Shown here piece by piece: positions 26,500-41,039 of a stretch of DNA of 64,000 nt; positions within the stretch are counted from its first letter, which is position 1; the number at the start of each line of letters is the position of its first letter. A program made the translations under genes and the position numbers. This DNA comes from Octopus bimaculoides (taxonomy: Eukaryota), in assembly GCF_001194135.2 (NCBI RefSeq), contig NC_068995.1:19525347-19589346 (forward strand). The letters are read 5' to 3'. A model generated the notes under the pieces. It worked only from the letters and a program-made list of their open reading frames with translations. It was not told the origin of the DNA and ran no database searches.

Positions 26500-27110
26500 T
26501 CCATGTCAGTATTATCTCAATAATTCTGATGCGCACTCTATACGATCTTTTTACTCTTTCGTTTTTTCTCTCTTATACTTTTACCTCCTCTTCTCCCAAT
26601 ATTCTATCCTATTACTCTCTCACTCTCTCTCCCTCACTCCTCCTCCCTTGCTTACGTGGTTCCCACGTGACCAGCAGCCATCTTTCTTTCTTCTCCTAAC
26701 TTGCGTTTCTTTCTCTCCGTTGTAGCTGGAACTAGGAAGACGTGTTCTTGTTTGTCTCAACCTTGATTTCGGCGTTCGCCACCGGAACCTTGTTTAGTCT
26801 TAGCCGCCCTTCCTATTTGTTTTCACTGTCCTGTTTGAGTTACCAATTTTTATCCTCAGCAAAATCCCAAATTTTATTTAATTTGCTTTGTGAGAACAAC
26901 TGTTTTATCGAAAGCGTATATTGTTGTGAAATTCTCGAAATACGAGACTAGAAAAACAGCCAACAACTGATGAAGAGTCGTTCTTTATGCTGTTTGTTTT
27001 GTTTTCCATTTGTGTCTTTCGTTATTCGAAAGAATAGTTCATGTTCCATGTACTCGTGCTTTGTACTTTTTGTTGTACACGTTTCGTGACGTCCTGTACC
27101 CACATATGCA
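26500..27110 (+). mobile_element. Non-autonomous repeat of about 600 bp with pyrimidine-rich leader and GACGTCCTGTACCCA end
   Basis: Shares tgaagRgtcgttctttatg and gacgtcctgtaccca with 63278-63395 and cacgtgacc with about 57590; flanked by (TA)n on both sides. Confidence 0.65.
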
Positions 27111-27697
27111 TATATATATATATATATATACATACTTACATCTACACGTATATATATATATATATATATATCAGTCTCTCGTTTCTATACCACTAACTTG
27201 TCCAATTTAAAACCACAGACTTGCAAACGATACTGCTTGCAACCAGAGTTGTTGCATATGATATTTAAAGTACTTAAAGAACCAGTACAGTATCAAATCT
27301 CGACCGACCTTCTGAGATGTCCACTAATGGGCTGTCGATTTAAAAAAAAAGGTTTCCCTGTGTATGCTCTTTCTATCAAACTCCCAAATATGTAACATAA
27401 AATAGACGTTGGCTTGATTTGAAATCAGCGGAGAGCAGCAACAAAAAGCTCAATGCATTTTATTTAAAGCTGTAACAATTGCGCATTTCTTTTCTACTGC
27501 ATATACAGTCAGACATTAAATTAAACGATCACTTGGTGTTTCATATGTTATATTGTCAGGAGAAGCTGGAAAGCTTTAAATAATCCCGTGTAGAATACTA
27601 GGGTTTAAGCCAATATTCTACATGCAGTTGTTTATAGCTTTGTCTATACGCAATAATTCACTTCATTTCTTTCGGAGTTTCTAAGTTCTAAAATGTT

Positions 27698-27744
<47 letters not shown>

Positions 27745-27994
27745 CTGTGTCTGTATGTGTGTGTGTGTGTGCATGCGCGTGTATATATGTATATGTGATT
27801 GTTCCTGTATGTTCGTTTGCTTGTGTCTGCATTGTATGTGACCACACACTACGTATATCTTAACCGACAAATTGAGAAATTAATTCTAAGTGGATAAGAT
27901 TCCAATATTTAAAATAAAATTTTCCGTTTATGTATTTTTTTTTTGTAAATGTTTCTTTTTTATGTGAAAACGTGGGTTAAAACAGATATCATTA

Positions 27995-28222
27995 TATTTG
28001 GGGACGGCCATTTTTGGCCAATTAAACAGACACCCTATTTATTTCATCTTCACTTTAGATCTATTAACATTATTTGAATCTGCATGGGATCGGGGGTTGT
28101 TGAAGAGGTCACAGACAAAAGAACTTTGACAGACGAAAAAGCTAAACATTACTGTAATAAAACTAAAGTGAACATCAAATAAATGGTGTGATTAATTGGC
28201 AAAGGATGACCATCCCCAAGTA
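27995..28222. mobile_element. MITE with imperfect TIRs of about 60 bp in TA context (Tc1/mariner-type)
   Basis: ttgggacggccatttttggccaattaaacagacaccctatttatttcatcttcacttta pairs with taaagtgaacatcaaataaatggtgtgattaattggcaaaggatgaccatccccaa; TATA at both ends. Confidence 0.85.
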
Positions 28223-29454
28223 TAACAAAAAAAATTATCTTGTTCAGTTATTGTTCGTTGCTATTTCGTTGCCTAGAAGCACATACACGTTTTCCTGTCA
28301 GTGGGTGCCGATCACTCAAAAATGACAACATTTATCAATTGGGCCATATATTTTTTTATTTAAATAGATAATTGTGATTATAGATTTGTATACTATAGTG
28401 GCTCGAAAGGAAAAGCTAAGTTCCCAGTAACCAATCTTTCCACAATTTATTTTTCGCTAATATTTCTAGTTTTCATTTATCTCATATATACCGAATAATA
28501 CACTTCATAAATACATGAACACCAGACATTTTATTTTGCTGATTTAAATAAATAACATGCTATGGCAAAACATTGAAATCAATTATAGCGTTATGCATTG
28601 GACACGGCGATCTTCTAGATCATGGTACAAATTTACATTTCCCGTATGATGACATAAATATGTATGTATTACGTAGATGTGCGTGTGTGTGTAATCTTAA
28701 AAGTACATATGTATGTATGAATATCCAATAAAAAGCTGTATATTTTTAAAGCATAGTGTATATATTTTTATACTTTATTATCAATTCTACACTAAAAATA
28801 GTTGATTTTATAGTATCAGAGATTAGATAAATGCAGACGTATTCGAGCTAGCGCAAAATTCGATATTGAAATCAAATACCACACAAATACGTGTGTGCAT
28901 AAACGCTCACATACGTACATGTACATACATACACCGACATACATACGAACACGCTCATACATATAAATATGCATATACAAGACGTTATTTTGTGATATCT
29001 CTCTACACATTCTTAAAAAGAATTATCAGCGATGTATTCGGTAATGCATTCAATAAGTACTCTGTGTCATATGTTTATCACTCGTCAATTTCCTCCAGTT
29101 TCTTGTTATTGACTCAGATCGACAAGAATTAACGGGTAATCGTAGCCATTTATTTTATCATTTAGTCAGAAAATGAAATACAGTGTGGATACTTTTTTAT
29201 ACTGAAAATGCACATGCAATTATCTCGGGGAGTTATCCTCAAAAGGAAGCCTAATTCAAATATTTGGGCCAAAGTGAATTCCATCAGATACCGAGCGGTA
29301 AGATAGGAGAGTTATAGCATACAACAGCTCATGTTTATCAACCACCTTTGGCAGAAAATTAAAAGGCTCCAGATATTAGCTTTTTTTTAATACTGCCTTA
29401 CGACAGCCAACATCGCCTTACTCTAAGGCCCTAAATTATTTTTGTATATGTTTA

Positions 29455-29690
29455 GGTTATTCAGAGACATTCGAGAAATGCTCAGAACCATTGTATGTCC
29501 CTGAAAAGGATAACGGATAACATAGGCATCCGCAGCCTAGTATCCCAAAGAAAAACTTTGACTCGAATGGATCTAAGAGTCTATTGAAACGTCTTACATC
29601 AAAATGACTTATACTAAAAGTAATGACGCTCCAGGCTGCGGTTCTTAAGACATGGGTCACGTCGATTCAGCAAGACATCAATGCGTGATC
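29455..29690 (+). mobile_element. RTE-like LINE 3' fragment
   Basis: RDIREMLRTI, HRHPQPSIPKK and KTWVTSIQQDIN follow the order of RTE C-terminal motifs; contains stops. Confidence 0.4.
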
Positions 29691-31414
29691 ATCCAATCTT
29701 TATATTTAAAAGTAAACCAATTTATTTAAGGACTACATTATCAAATGTGGCCTTTCGATTTATAATATAATAGTGAGATATGTACCGTGTTCAGTGACAG
29801 TATAAGTGCTTTTTCTTAGGCTCAAAGAACGTTATATTTTAGTTTGATATGGCGTTGTTAAATCAGTTGTCATGTTTAAATTTACCAGCCAAAGGAGACT
29901 GTTGTTGGGTGTGTTATTGTAAAACTAATCAACCACACCTTCAATGGAAAGGCTTTGTCTGTAGCTACATAATCCGTCTATGAATTTCATTGAATGAACT
30001 AAGGTGTTTTTTTAGATTCAATTCAGTTGACTGTCAGTTGATTAAGGAAAGGTTTATCTCTAGTGCTATGGTTTGAACAAGGCAAGCAGTTTATAAACAC
30101 GATGATGACGACGACGACGACGACGATGATGATGATGATGATTCCTTCATTTTTACCCACTGGTATTAATTATACCCAATTTCGTTTAGCATACAAAACA
30201 TGAAGCTCTAAAATAAATCACCTTGCAAAATCGTATAGAAAACGATGAACGTATGGAGAGCAAGTGGTGGAAATGTTAAACAAATTGATAAATCTGAGAC
30301 ACACGAATAATATGAAATAATATTTGAAGATTAACTGCGCCATATATTGTGGCATCGACCTTGAGTAAGAGTTTTGCAGATCAAGTAATCCCTTTTTCAT
30401 GCCTCGTCTTACGCATTGGACACTCTACCAATTGCTCCATGCTATTCTGTTGAAACTATGTCGCCCGACATATTGGTCAATCATCTTTTAATTACTATTT
30501 TGAAGGCACACAGAAAGTCTCCACGTTCAAAGAGGCTTATCAATTTTTTTCTCTTAGCATTTATTTCCACAAATTTGCTAAGGTTTTTCTACCTAACATC
30601 TCCGTCAGTTTTATTTTCAGAGAACTGCTCCACGCCCAGAGCATATATTGGACCTCCAAAACATATTATATTGCCTGTGTTATTGACTCTTTTTTTTTTA
30701 TGTCGCAATGTCTGCGCTTACATCACAAATGTGTTTATTATTTACTTTTTGTCGATTTTCGTAATCGTCAATATCTACGTTTGTGTATGCTATTTCATTT
30801 GCTTGAGTACGTGGAGTTTTTCCTTTCGTTTGCCTTACTGATACAACCTGTACTATTATTTTCACACTTAGCAACAATCTTTCATTCAAGAATCTTAGAG
30901 AATATGAACGATGATAATAATCTTCACTGCTACAACAAATGAATCAGTTTTGTGAAATCTCAAATATACATTTCCACCGAGAAACCTTCTTTCTATCTCC
31001 TCAAGAAAAGACGTGCGGACACAAAACTTTTCTTTTGGCAAAGTGAAATTCCTAAAATTTTGTCATGGAAAATTCAAGTAATCAAACGAGCCAGTTCAAA
31101 AGCATCCGTTCAAATAATGATGATGATGATGATGATGATGATGATAAAAATATTAATTTTGATAATAATGAAAATAAAAGAAACATCTGGACACTTTAGA
31201 AATACCCTACAAACTTGGTGTGTTACGAAATCAGCTTTATCTGGAACTGCATGCGTATTGAGTAAAATGCTACCTGAGGTCCTTCTTGTGAATAGATCGA
31301 CAATGCAAATCGCTAGTAAACGCAATATCTTTTATCTACAACATCACAATTTTGGATGCTGTGTGACGTCTTCAATAATAATGATAATGGTAATCATGAT
31401 GATAATAGTAATAT

Positions 31415-31565
31415 TGATTTCAAATTTAAGCACAAGGCCAGTGATTTGAGAAAGGGATAACACGATTACATCGACCCCGGTGTTCAACTGGTAATTATTT
31501 TATCGATCCTCGGCGGGGTTTGATCTAAGAACGTAAAAGACGGACGAAACAACGCTAAGCAGTAA
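31415..31565 (-). mobile_element. SINE family B, internally deleted, next to (AAT)n at 31585-31630
   Basis: tttcaaatttaagcacaaggccag...cgattacatcgaccccggtgttcaactggta...agacggacgaaac. Confidence 0.8.
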
Positions 31566-31579
31566 TGACTTTGCAAGCT

Positions 31580-31631
<52 letters not shown>

Positions 31632-33498
31632 TCTTTACTTATCATTCATCAAATAGAATATATATTATCGTAAAACACGCAGTTAAATATACACATATAC
31701 ACACATTCAATCATATGGCACACACGCACACACATATCCGTATCTATTTCTGTGTCTCGTTTATGTATATGAGTATATATATATGGTAATAATTGGTATT
31801 CTACCTCCTTGAACGCATACTTTTTCACATGATATAGCTGAATATTATTTATGTATTCGGTTGTTATCTATAATGTGCATGTAGTTATATCTCACTCGTC
31901 TTGCGGGAATTACTGGCAACACCCCACAACCCAGTTTATTATTTTTTTTCTCAGTCAGTAATACTGTGTATTTAGAAATATTGCAACAACACTTTACTAT
32001 ACATATCCATCGCATGCATCAAGAGAGATAAGCAAGAAACATGACTGGAAGATGTCCAACAAGCTTGAGGAAGATTAAATGTCATAGAACGAGGAAAGAA
32101 AACTCAATTTAAATTCTCATGATAAAATGCCAGAGCTCTTTTACACAAAGAGAATGAGAAAACAGTCTTTTGTTTCTAGCAAGCAGGTTTGGTAAATTAT
32201 TAACATTTTCTGAAACGCAATTTTCAAACATTGATTAGGTTTTCGAAAATGAATGCCGTCGTTGCTTCCGGCGGAAATGGAAACATGGGAGAAAAGATTA
32301 CGATGAAATGGTGCAAAACGAAGATGAATTATAGAAATGCATTCTCTGCTCGATCTAATAAACGCCTTTCTAAGAGTAAGTAGCCCAATGAATCATTTTA
32401 TTCTAGTAAAATACTCTGCCAGAAATGACAAGCCTCTAGGTTTTTATTTATTTATTTTTTTCTCTTCTTGTACTTTTTACTTTTCACTTCTCGATGTGAG
32501 AACAGCGATATCTATCTCTGTGTTAAATGTGTGCGAAAGTCAAGAAATTCCGTAAATATCATGTGACTTTCTACAATAGGAAGGCGGCAGCTAAAGAACG
32601 TACTTTGCGAAATAATGTTTATTAAAATGAGTTGGAATTCAGTGATAACAACGTTTCGTAAAATAAACCTAAAAGCTATTCAGATATGTACTCACTATTT
32701 ATTATTTGTTATTTATTCAATTTAGTTATTATTTATTATATTGTATGTGTGCGAACAGAAGGATTACAACACCAAATTGTCGTAAATTGCAAGAAAGTAT
32801 ATTTTAGTTTTAAGTATTGGAATTTTTTGTTAGTTTGTATTAGCGGTAATGGATGCATATATACATATATATACATGTGTGTGTGTGTGTGTGCGTACGT
32901 GTGTGTTTGTATATCTGCGCATGTGTTATATGTGCATGTATATATGTATGTGTGTCTACATATACATAATATACTTACCGTGTATGTATGTCTGTCTGTC
33001 TGTATATATATATATATATATATGTATACATAGCATTGCTAGTATTATCTCGTTGATTTATTACATACTTAATATAAACATTGATATATTTTCGACATAT
33101 GCATGCATGTCATATTTTCATACACTAATGTATTGTTGTTATTATTATTATTGTTGTTGTGGTTGTTATTATTTTTATTATTATACCCATTTCCTAAGGT
33201 TGTGTTATGTAATTTAACTAAATATAATAGTGTAATGATTCAACGTTTATCTATGATCATGTTTTCATATCTGCGAGTGCTTGTATGTGTGTATGTCTGT
33301 GTTTGTTTCTCTGTGTATGTATATGCATATATGTCGGCGTGTGCATTTTGCTTGTAAATATACTTATTTATTATTTCTCGTATAAACATAGTTTTGACTT
33401 ATATGCTATCACTATGTAGTTGCTAAGATATTATCCAAAATATGAAGACCCATGGATTTACAAAATATATAGACAATTATGCGTACATATATAAATAT

Positions 33499-33551
<53 letters not shown>

Positions 33552-34210
33552 CACACATGCAGGTATGTGTACATATGAACTGATGCATGCATCCACATAC
33601 TATCACTCAATCGCTAAAAAAACGGTCGCTCAAATATTTGGGAAAATCATGAAATAATACTCGTTATCTTCCCACCAACATAATACAATTTATTTTCTGC
33701 TGAACGGATTAATATGTGTAGCCATATTTTCTCAGAAAATGTTTGTACAACCAAAAATCATTCACACAAATGCGAGTGTGTGTCTGTGTGCGTGTGCGCG
33801 CAAGTTTGTGTGTATATTCCATTGAATGATGCAACATGGCCGAATAGCTAAATAGCACGCTTTGTATTTATACAATTTCGATCTGACTGATTCTCATCTT
33901 GGCCAATTGTCTTTTGCCAGAGCATTTATCCTGTACATAATACTTGCTATGCTTGTTATACTCTCTGTTACACCGATTCTATCTCAAAATTCCCGTAAGT
34001 TTATACGTGTTTGTAGAATATACAGTGAATGAAAGCTCATTCCATGATCGGGTAGTTCAGTTGATGGAATAATTCAATGCATGCATTGGAAACAGAATGA
34101 GATCTATCTAGTAAACTTCTACATTTAAATATCTACATACCAAATAACAACACAGTATACCACTTCCTATTTCTCTCTGTCTATCTCTTTCTCTCTCTCT
34201 CTCCCTCACA

Positions 34211-34242
<32 letters not shown>

Positions 34243-34252
34243 NNNNNNNNNN

Positions 34253-34289
<37 letters not shown>

Positions 34290-34574
34290 TCTCTCTCTCT
34301 CATTCACTGTAATGCATTGGTATTAAGCAAAACAAAGAGTATTTTGTAAGTTTCCATTTATATGAGTTACTAAAATGTATCGCTATTCATTCCCTATAGC
34401 TCATATATGTGTGTGTGCTTGGTATGTCTGTACGTGTCTTGGATTTCCAGAAAAGCCAACACCTAAGACCTTAACAGCTACGTCTTACCTCTACTCAGGT
34501 GTCCAACATTTCACATATAATGGATACAGTTGTAAACAACGGCATTTCTTCTCACCTCGGATCTCTTTGCTTCC

Positions 34575-34830
34575 TGAGTGACATTGAAAAGTCAAAGTAG
34601 GTTTCCTTGACATGTTTAAAATCTTTGATCGTAGTGAACACGAGAATCACCTGCTTAACATCCTGTCCGCTTATAACTCCAGTATGTTATAGATTTGTCC
34701 TATGCATTTGCATTACAAAACTTATTTACTGTCATGTCCCGCTAAATATAATTTTAAATAATTCAGCTCAGAAGACCTGCTATGAATTCCATACAAGAGG
34801 TTCCCACACTGCACAGGGAAATCCGATGAT
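34575..34830 (+). mobile_element. Decayed LINE reverse-transcriptase fragment (CR1/L2/Jockey-like)
   Basis: GFLDMFKIFDRSEHENHLLNILSAY resembles FLD.SKAFDRV.H..LL.KL.AY. Confidence 0.45.
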
Positions 34831-34964
34831 TGCCAAGCATTCAAAATTTACAAAAAGTCCTATGGGTCAACACGAAAGTTTCTTCCTCCTCACTCGATCG
34901 CTTAAAAACAGCAACCAAATCTCACTCAATTAATTATTTACAGTCTTGGAACGTTAAGAATATA

Positions 34965-35153
34965 TTAACGCTTGAGCATTCAGACTATTCTGTCAAACGT
35001 AATACGTATTGAATTAATCATGCACTGTCTCATAGCTTCAAGAGTTTGACAGACGTGATTGTTCAGTGTCAGAAGCTGGTTCTGGCCATTTTGAACATAA
35101 AACTGGTAGAATATTTTAGCCAGATGAGGCCGGTTTAAATGCTAAAGGGTTAA
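34965..35153. mobile_element. TTAA-flanked MITE (piggyBac-type ends)
   Basis: TTAA at both ends (34965-34968, 35150-35153); cgcttgagcatt vs reverse complement of aatgctaaaggg matches 10/12. Confidence 0.75.
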
Positions 35154-35791
35154 AAGTTGTTAGACATAGATTGTCGTTAAAAACGACGAGGTGATCATAG
35201 ATAGAACGCTGCTCTTCATAGATTTAACCAATCATCAATGATGTGAGGATGAACAACAATAATTACATTCTTTTGCACTTCATTTTTCATTCATTACAAC
35301 AGCTGCCGCTGCTTCATGTTTTTTTAGTGTGTAATTACACCCTAACTAAAATGGCGCCATGAAATCGCCTTTCTATTCGTCACCCCTACTGTACTTCATT
35401 TAAAAACTGACAAGAGACACATTGCCCAAATTCGTGTGCTACAGGCTCTTCTTTATTTATCTCTCATGAATTCCCTACTCTCATATATCTGCAAGTCTGC
35501 CTAAATATAGAATACACACAATGATATAGTTTCTTTGAACGTTTTCTTTTAAAATTTCACCACGACCCTTGAAAATGAGAGATAACTTTAGTGAGATATA
35601 ATCTAATGACCATAAATGGAATCAGAGTTTATCAATAGAAGTAATAATTATGTTCACTTAAACATGTATCTTTTATTAGAACAAACAACACTGCTGTAGT
35701 TACCACAAGAGGAAGTCTTATATTGGTTTTTTGGTGCAAAATATACTCTTGTTTATATCTCTAGTAGGCAAATAAACCTCCTGCTACCTCC

Positions 35792-35850
35792 AGCGCCGAG
35801 ACCACCAGATAATGTGGTTTCGACCTTGTTTGGTCTTTTCAATGATGGAC
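35792..35850 (-). ncRNA. Hammerhead-ribozyme-like motif with U3-A8 core variant and poor stem I
   Basis: Minus strand UUGAAAA-GACC-aaacaa-GGUC-GAAA-CCAC-auuaucug-GUGGU-C; stems II and III are perfect. Confidence 0.5.
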
Positions 35851-37194
35851 ACTCCACCGCTAGACCTATCAGCGATTCATCTGACCGCTAGTGATATATA
35901 GATTCACAGTGCCAGAACAGACGCTGGCGTCGCGATTAGCCAGTGTTTACCACAGGTTTTGACTTCCAGACATAACCAGAATAATGTACATTATCCTATA
36001 TTATGACGCTGAAGACCTCAATGATCCCACTATACACTTGTCTCAAGTCCAGCAACGTATATTGGCATTAATTATATTTATGAACATAAAGCAGAAGCAA
36101 ACAACGAAACGCATCAATCACTAGAAACTCTCAACAAATGAGCTGATAGTGTAATACTCTATCTGCTTAAACACCTTACCCCTACAATTTGTTTACAGTG
36201 AAAAATCTGTTTCGTTTGCAAATAACCAAAGAGTTTGTTGACATCTCTGCGACTACTATGACTGCCTAACAGATAATTATCTGATATAATCACCGTTAAT
36301 TAAAAAATGACAATGGTGAGTTTTAATGTCTGAACGGTGAAACACTCAATACCAAATTAGTTGTTTAAGAATTATTGTTGTGTATTAAATTATATTGAAT
36401 TGTCACCACAAAACCCGATATTTTTTTTAGATAAGAAGGTAAGAATCTATATGACTATCACGTGTGTGTGTGTCTGTGTGCGTACGTACACACACGCGCG
36501 CACAAGCACACACAGACACACACACACACACGCAAGCACAAGCCAATATATACCAGCAGCATCAAAAATATTGTCACTTTCAATGAAAGGAAATGATTTC
36601 AGACTACAATAGAGACAAGGTGACGAACACTTTGCATAATGATAATGCAAGAGCTAAGCATCATGATAATCGATGTCATGCGTTGGTTACGGTAGATACT
36701 CGGTTGCAATCATTTATTCTTCTCTTTAAAAATATAATCGCTTTTTAATGATTTCGTTCGTGAGAAGCGAGGAGCAACCTGAATATAACCATTTCCAGAT
36801 GCTCCATGACTGAATGAAGGTAGATGATTATTCTTAATCTTTAGATCTGGTACGAATGCTTGAACAGATTGAACATCGTTTTAGTACCTGTGGGCCATCG
36901 ACTAGTGTTCACCTGACCGACTGATCTGAAAGGAAACAGGACAGCCTATTTGATATATATCTATAATGTTTCTCTATGGAATTTCATTCACAAGCCTGAA
37001 GTAAATATAATTCAAGAAGCTAGTAACTTTAATAGTAAGCTTTAAATGGTCATAAGTTCTAGTAATTTCACGTGTCGACATCAATGTTTATAAATTAATT
37101 ATTTCAACCAACAAAACAGATGAGTCACATGGACACTTAAATTTTACTATTGTTATAATATGTTCTAAATGTGTTTGGGTCAATCCGAGATAAG

Positions 37195-37260
37195 AGTGGA
37201 AGATACTTGCCCTAGGTGCAATGCAGTGGTAGTGAATCCGGAAACATGTGGTTGCAGAAC
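37195..37260 (-). mobile_element. SINE family A head fragment
   Basis: gaagatacttgccctaggtgcaatgcagtggtagtgaatccggaaacatgtggttg matches 16205-16260. Confidence 0.7.
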
Positions 37261-39684
37261 AGACAATATAACTATATATGCATATATTTGAATTAAGAAT
37301 AAACATCTTAACCACATAACTAAGTCTGCATAGATTTTAGCTACGTATACTGATCTTAACCATATAGATAAATCTGCGAACATTTGAGCTAAGAACAAAC
37401 AACTTGACCATATAACTGAGCATGATGAAATCATTTATTGCTGAATTGTTCGTTGCTCTCAGTTGTTCGAGTACAGTCTCGCTCAGATGCAGCAAGTAAA
37501 CCTGGGAAACAAACAGTAATTATCAGGGGAATTTTGTGTATATAATTCTTAAAACCTGAATCATAACTTCCAAAAGTATTTTGGGTTTTAAGCCACCAGA
37601 GATATCGCTTGTACTATTATAAAGAAATTCACATCGACTCTGACTCAAATTGCTGTGATATTCTATTGCCTATCCTTCATTCATTGAGCTCTCTTGTCTA
37701 CCTTTACACGGTTGATTTCCAAGCTTCAGCAAACAAGGGCATATCTATAGTCAGAAATATAATATTACAGAGGATGTCTTACGGCCATTAAAAATACATT
37801 GAAGCTGCAGTGGCGATGTAGATACCCTTTCGGAGTCACGGAGTCACAGGTCACTGTTATACGACATTTCATCTTCTATCTTTCCACATTTATCTACGCA
37901 CTTCTAAACTCGAATACAAACGCCAACACACACATACACACACATTCACATACTCACACACACACATTCACATACTCACACACACACACTGACTAACACA
38001 ACAGTCAAGATTAATTGAATAAAGCTCACATCAACATTCTACATAGACATTACCACTGTGGCCTCTGCCGCCACCGTTGTTGTCGTCGTGATCGACGTCA
38101 CTGTATGTCAATGACAACCAGTAAAGTCGTCATCATCGGAGGTTGTCATCGGAGGAGAAGAAACAGTTATATCTAAACATCATCACTATGTAGATGGATT
38201 CTTATCATTCTTCAATCAGTTTCGTTATTTGTCGGAGATTTTTCTTGTGTATTTATTATATTAGTTCTGAACATTTTCAGCTGTTTTTTTTTCCTTCCTC
38301 AACTTGACTGTTTTTATTACTTTTTAATGTATTCCAGGCACATTCAATTATACATCTTTATATATTTGTATATCTGTATGTGTATGTGTAAGTGTATGCG
38401 CGTATGTATTTATACATACACACACAAATATATATATATATATATATANNNNNNNNNNNNNNNNNNNNNNNNNNNNNNNNNNNNNNNNNNNNNNNNNNNN
38501 NNNNNNNNNNNNNNNNNNNNNNNNNNNNNNNNNNNNNNNNNNNNNNNNNNNNNNNNNNNNNNNNNNNNNNNNNNNNNNNNNNNNNNNNNNNNNNNNNNNN
38601 NNNNNNNNNNNNNNNNNNNNNNNNNNNNNNNNNNNNNNNNNNNNNNNNNNNNNNNNNNNNNNNNNNNNNNNNNNNNNNNNNNNNNNNNNNNNNNNNNNNN
38701 NNNNNNNNNNNNNNNNNNNNNNNNNNNNNNNNNNNNNNNNNNNNNNNNNNNNNNNNNNNNNNNNNNNNNNNNNNNNNNNNNNNNNNNNNNNNNNNNTACG
38801 TACATACCAATGTATATATGTATTTATGCATTAACACACATACGCAAACACACACACAAACACACACACACACACACACACAGTTATTTTTTGCATTGCA
38901 AAGATACGATTCTTTTTTTTTTAATTCCTTTTCATTACCGTAGACTTACCATTTCATTAATGCATTTATCCCTGTGTCATATTTGCCCTAGATTAGAAAC
39001 TTTCACCTTCACCTATCCATCTCTCTAATTCCGCTACTATACAACCAGTATATCTTCTCTTCATTTACGTTACCTTTTACTTGCTCTCATATTCTCGCCT
39101 TTATTAATAATTCAAACTTGCCTGAAAGCTAATCTATTCTCTGCGCACGCATATGCGTGAATGCGTATTTTTATGTATATGTCTGTGCGTTGGGAATGAT
39201 GCGGCAATGTAGAAATCCTTTATAAAGTTTCATCTATCGAAGAGCTGTAACACTTTAAAGATACATAAGAAGCTGACACAGAGGTCAACTCTAGTCAGTT
39301 TTACCTATTATTTATTCATTATCGGGTTAAATTCATTATTCAAATTCTATATCGTTATTTTTATTTTCTCCCTTACTACATATCTTCTTCTTTCTCATAT
39401 TTTCTTTTGCTTACTTCCTGTTCTCTTCTATACGTTTCGATTATGCTTGTATTTATAGTAAAAGGTTTCTGCATTACAATACAATATGAAGCACAAATAG
39501 TTGAAATATTTAATTGTAAAGACAAATATTTAGTTGTCACATGACTATCATATTTTAGCAGGCGGTATTGCATGCATAGTTAGGAAATGGCTATATTTTA
39601 TCGTAAGAAATTTATTATATAATGCCGGTTCCCAGCCGTGGTATTCAACTTGCCTTCAATGCAGTAATGATATACCTATCTATC

Positions 39685-39789
<105 letters not shown>

Positions 39790-40617
39790 CTATCCATCGC
39801 GCTTTATATATATACATACACATACGATAAATATATGGGGGTAAAAATCTAGGCAGGTACCGTATGATTCTCAAATACATTCCAGATTCCGGTTACCCAC
39901 TTCAAGCAGTAAGAAGCACGCTTATAGAAAGATTCTCAGTGAAGGAACGTAACAGAATATTGTGTGTTGCTACTGCACATACTGTATGCAGCAGAAACAC
40001 GTGTCGGTCAGTTTAATTAACTAATTATGCTGTATAATTAATAGCTGAACTAAAGAAAACACTTCAAGTTACTGCATACTTTGTAATTGATACTAGCTAT
40101 TTACACACACACACACTCACACACACACACACACATACACACACACACACACGCACACGCGCACACAAACACAAACACACACGCACACGCACACACACAC
40201 ACACACACACACANNNNNNNNNNNNNNNNNNNNNNNNNNNNNNNNNNNNNNNNNNNNNNNNNNNNNNNNNNNNNNNNNNNNNNNNNNNNNNNNNNNNNNN
40301 NNNNNNNNNNNNNNNNNNNNNNNNNNNNNNNNNNNNNNNNNNNNNNNNNNNNNNNNNNNNNNNNNNNNNNNNNNNNNNNNNNNNNNNNNNNNNNNNNNNN
40401 NNNNNNNNNNNNNNNNNNNNNNNNNNNNNNNNNNNNNNNNNNNNNNNNNNNNNNNNNNNNNNNNNNNNNNNNNNNNNNNNNNNNNNNNNNNNNNNNNNNN
40501 NNNNNNNNNNNNNNNNNNNNNNNNNNNNNNNNNNNNNNNNNNNNNNNNNNNNNNNNNNNNNNNNNNNNNNNNNNNNNNNNNNNNNNNNNNNNNNNNNNNN
40601 NNNNNNNNNNNNNNNNN

Positions 40618-40696
<79 letters not shown>

Positions 40697-40852
40697 GGAT
40701 GAGTGGATTTTCCTTTGTTTACAGTTGACATGGAAAATTCAATAAACAGTTACCATAGTAGCAAAATTCACGCAAGTGACAAGTATGTAGCAACCCGTTC
40801 AAGGGCAGAAACTCCGGATTAATGTGCAGTAGTTTGTATTGTATAAATAAAT

Positions 40853-40975
40853 AAATGGAGTTAAACGCAGGTGTTATTCAAATTCTTTTACTTGCGACAT
40901 GTTTTGCAGACAATATTGGTATTATTCATAAGAAATATATGGTGTAAAATAATGTAATCTTCTCATCAGGGAAAT
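40853..40975 (-). ncRNA. Decayed type I hammerhead with long stem II in a short repeat family
   Basis: Minus strand uuucc-CUGAUGA-GAAGA...UGUCUGC-AAAA-CAUGU-C-gcaag; 3' half and tail match 57965-58044. Confidence 0.65.
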
Positions 40976-41039
40976 ATGCATGTATGTATGTATGTATGTA
41001 TATATATATGTATGTATATATGTATTTGTTTGTCTGTGT

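Noticed and set aside
30952-31449. 165-aa ORF
   Set aside because: Contains an (ATG)n microsatellite and low-complexity tracts, and runs into a SINE.
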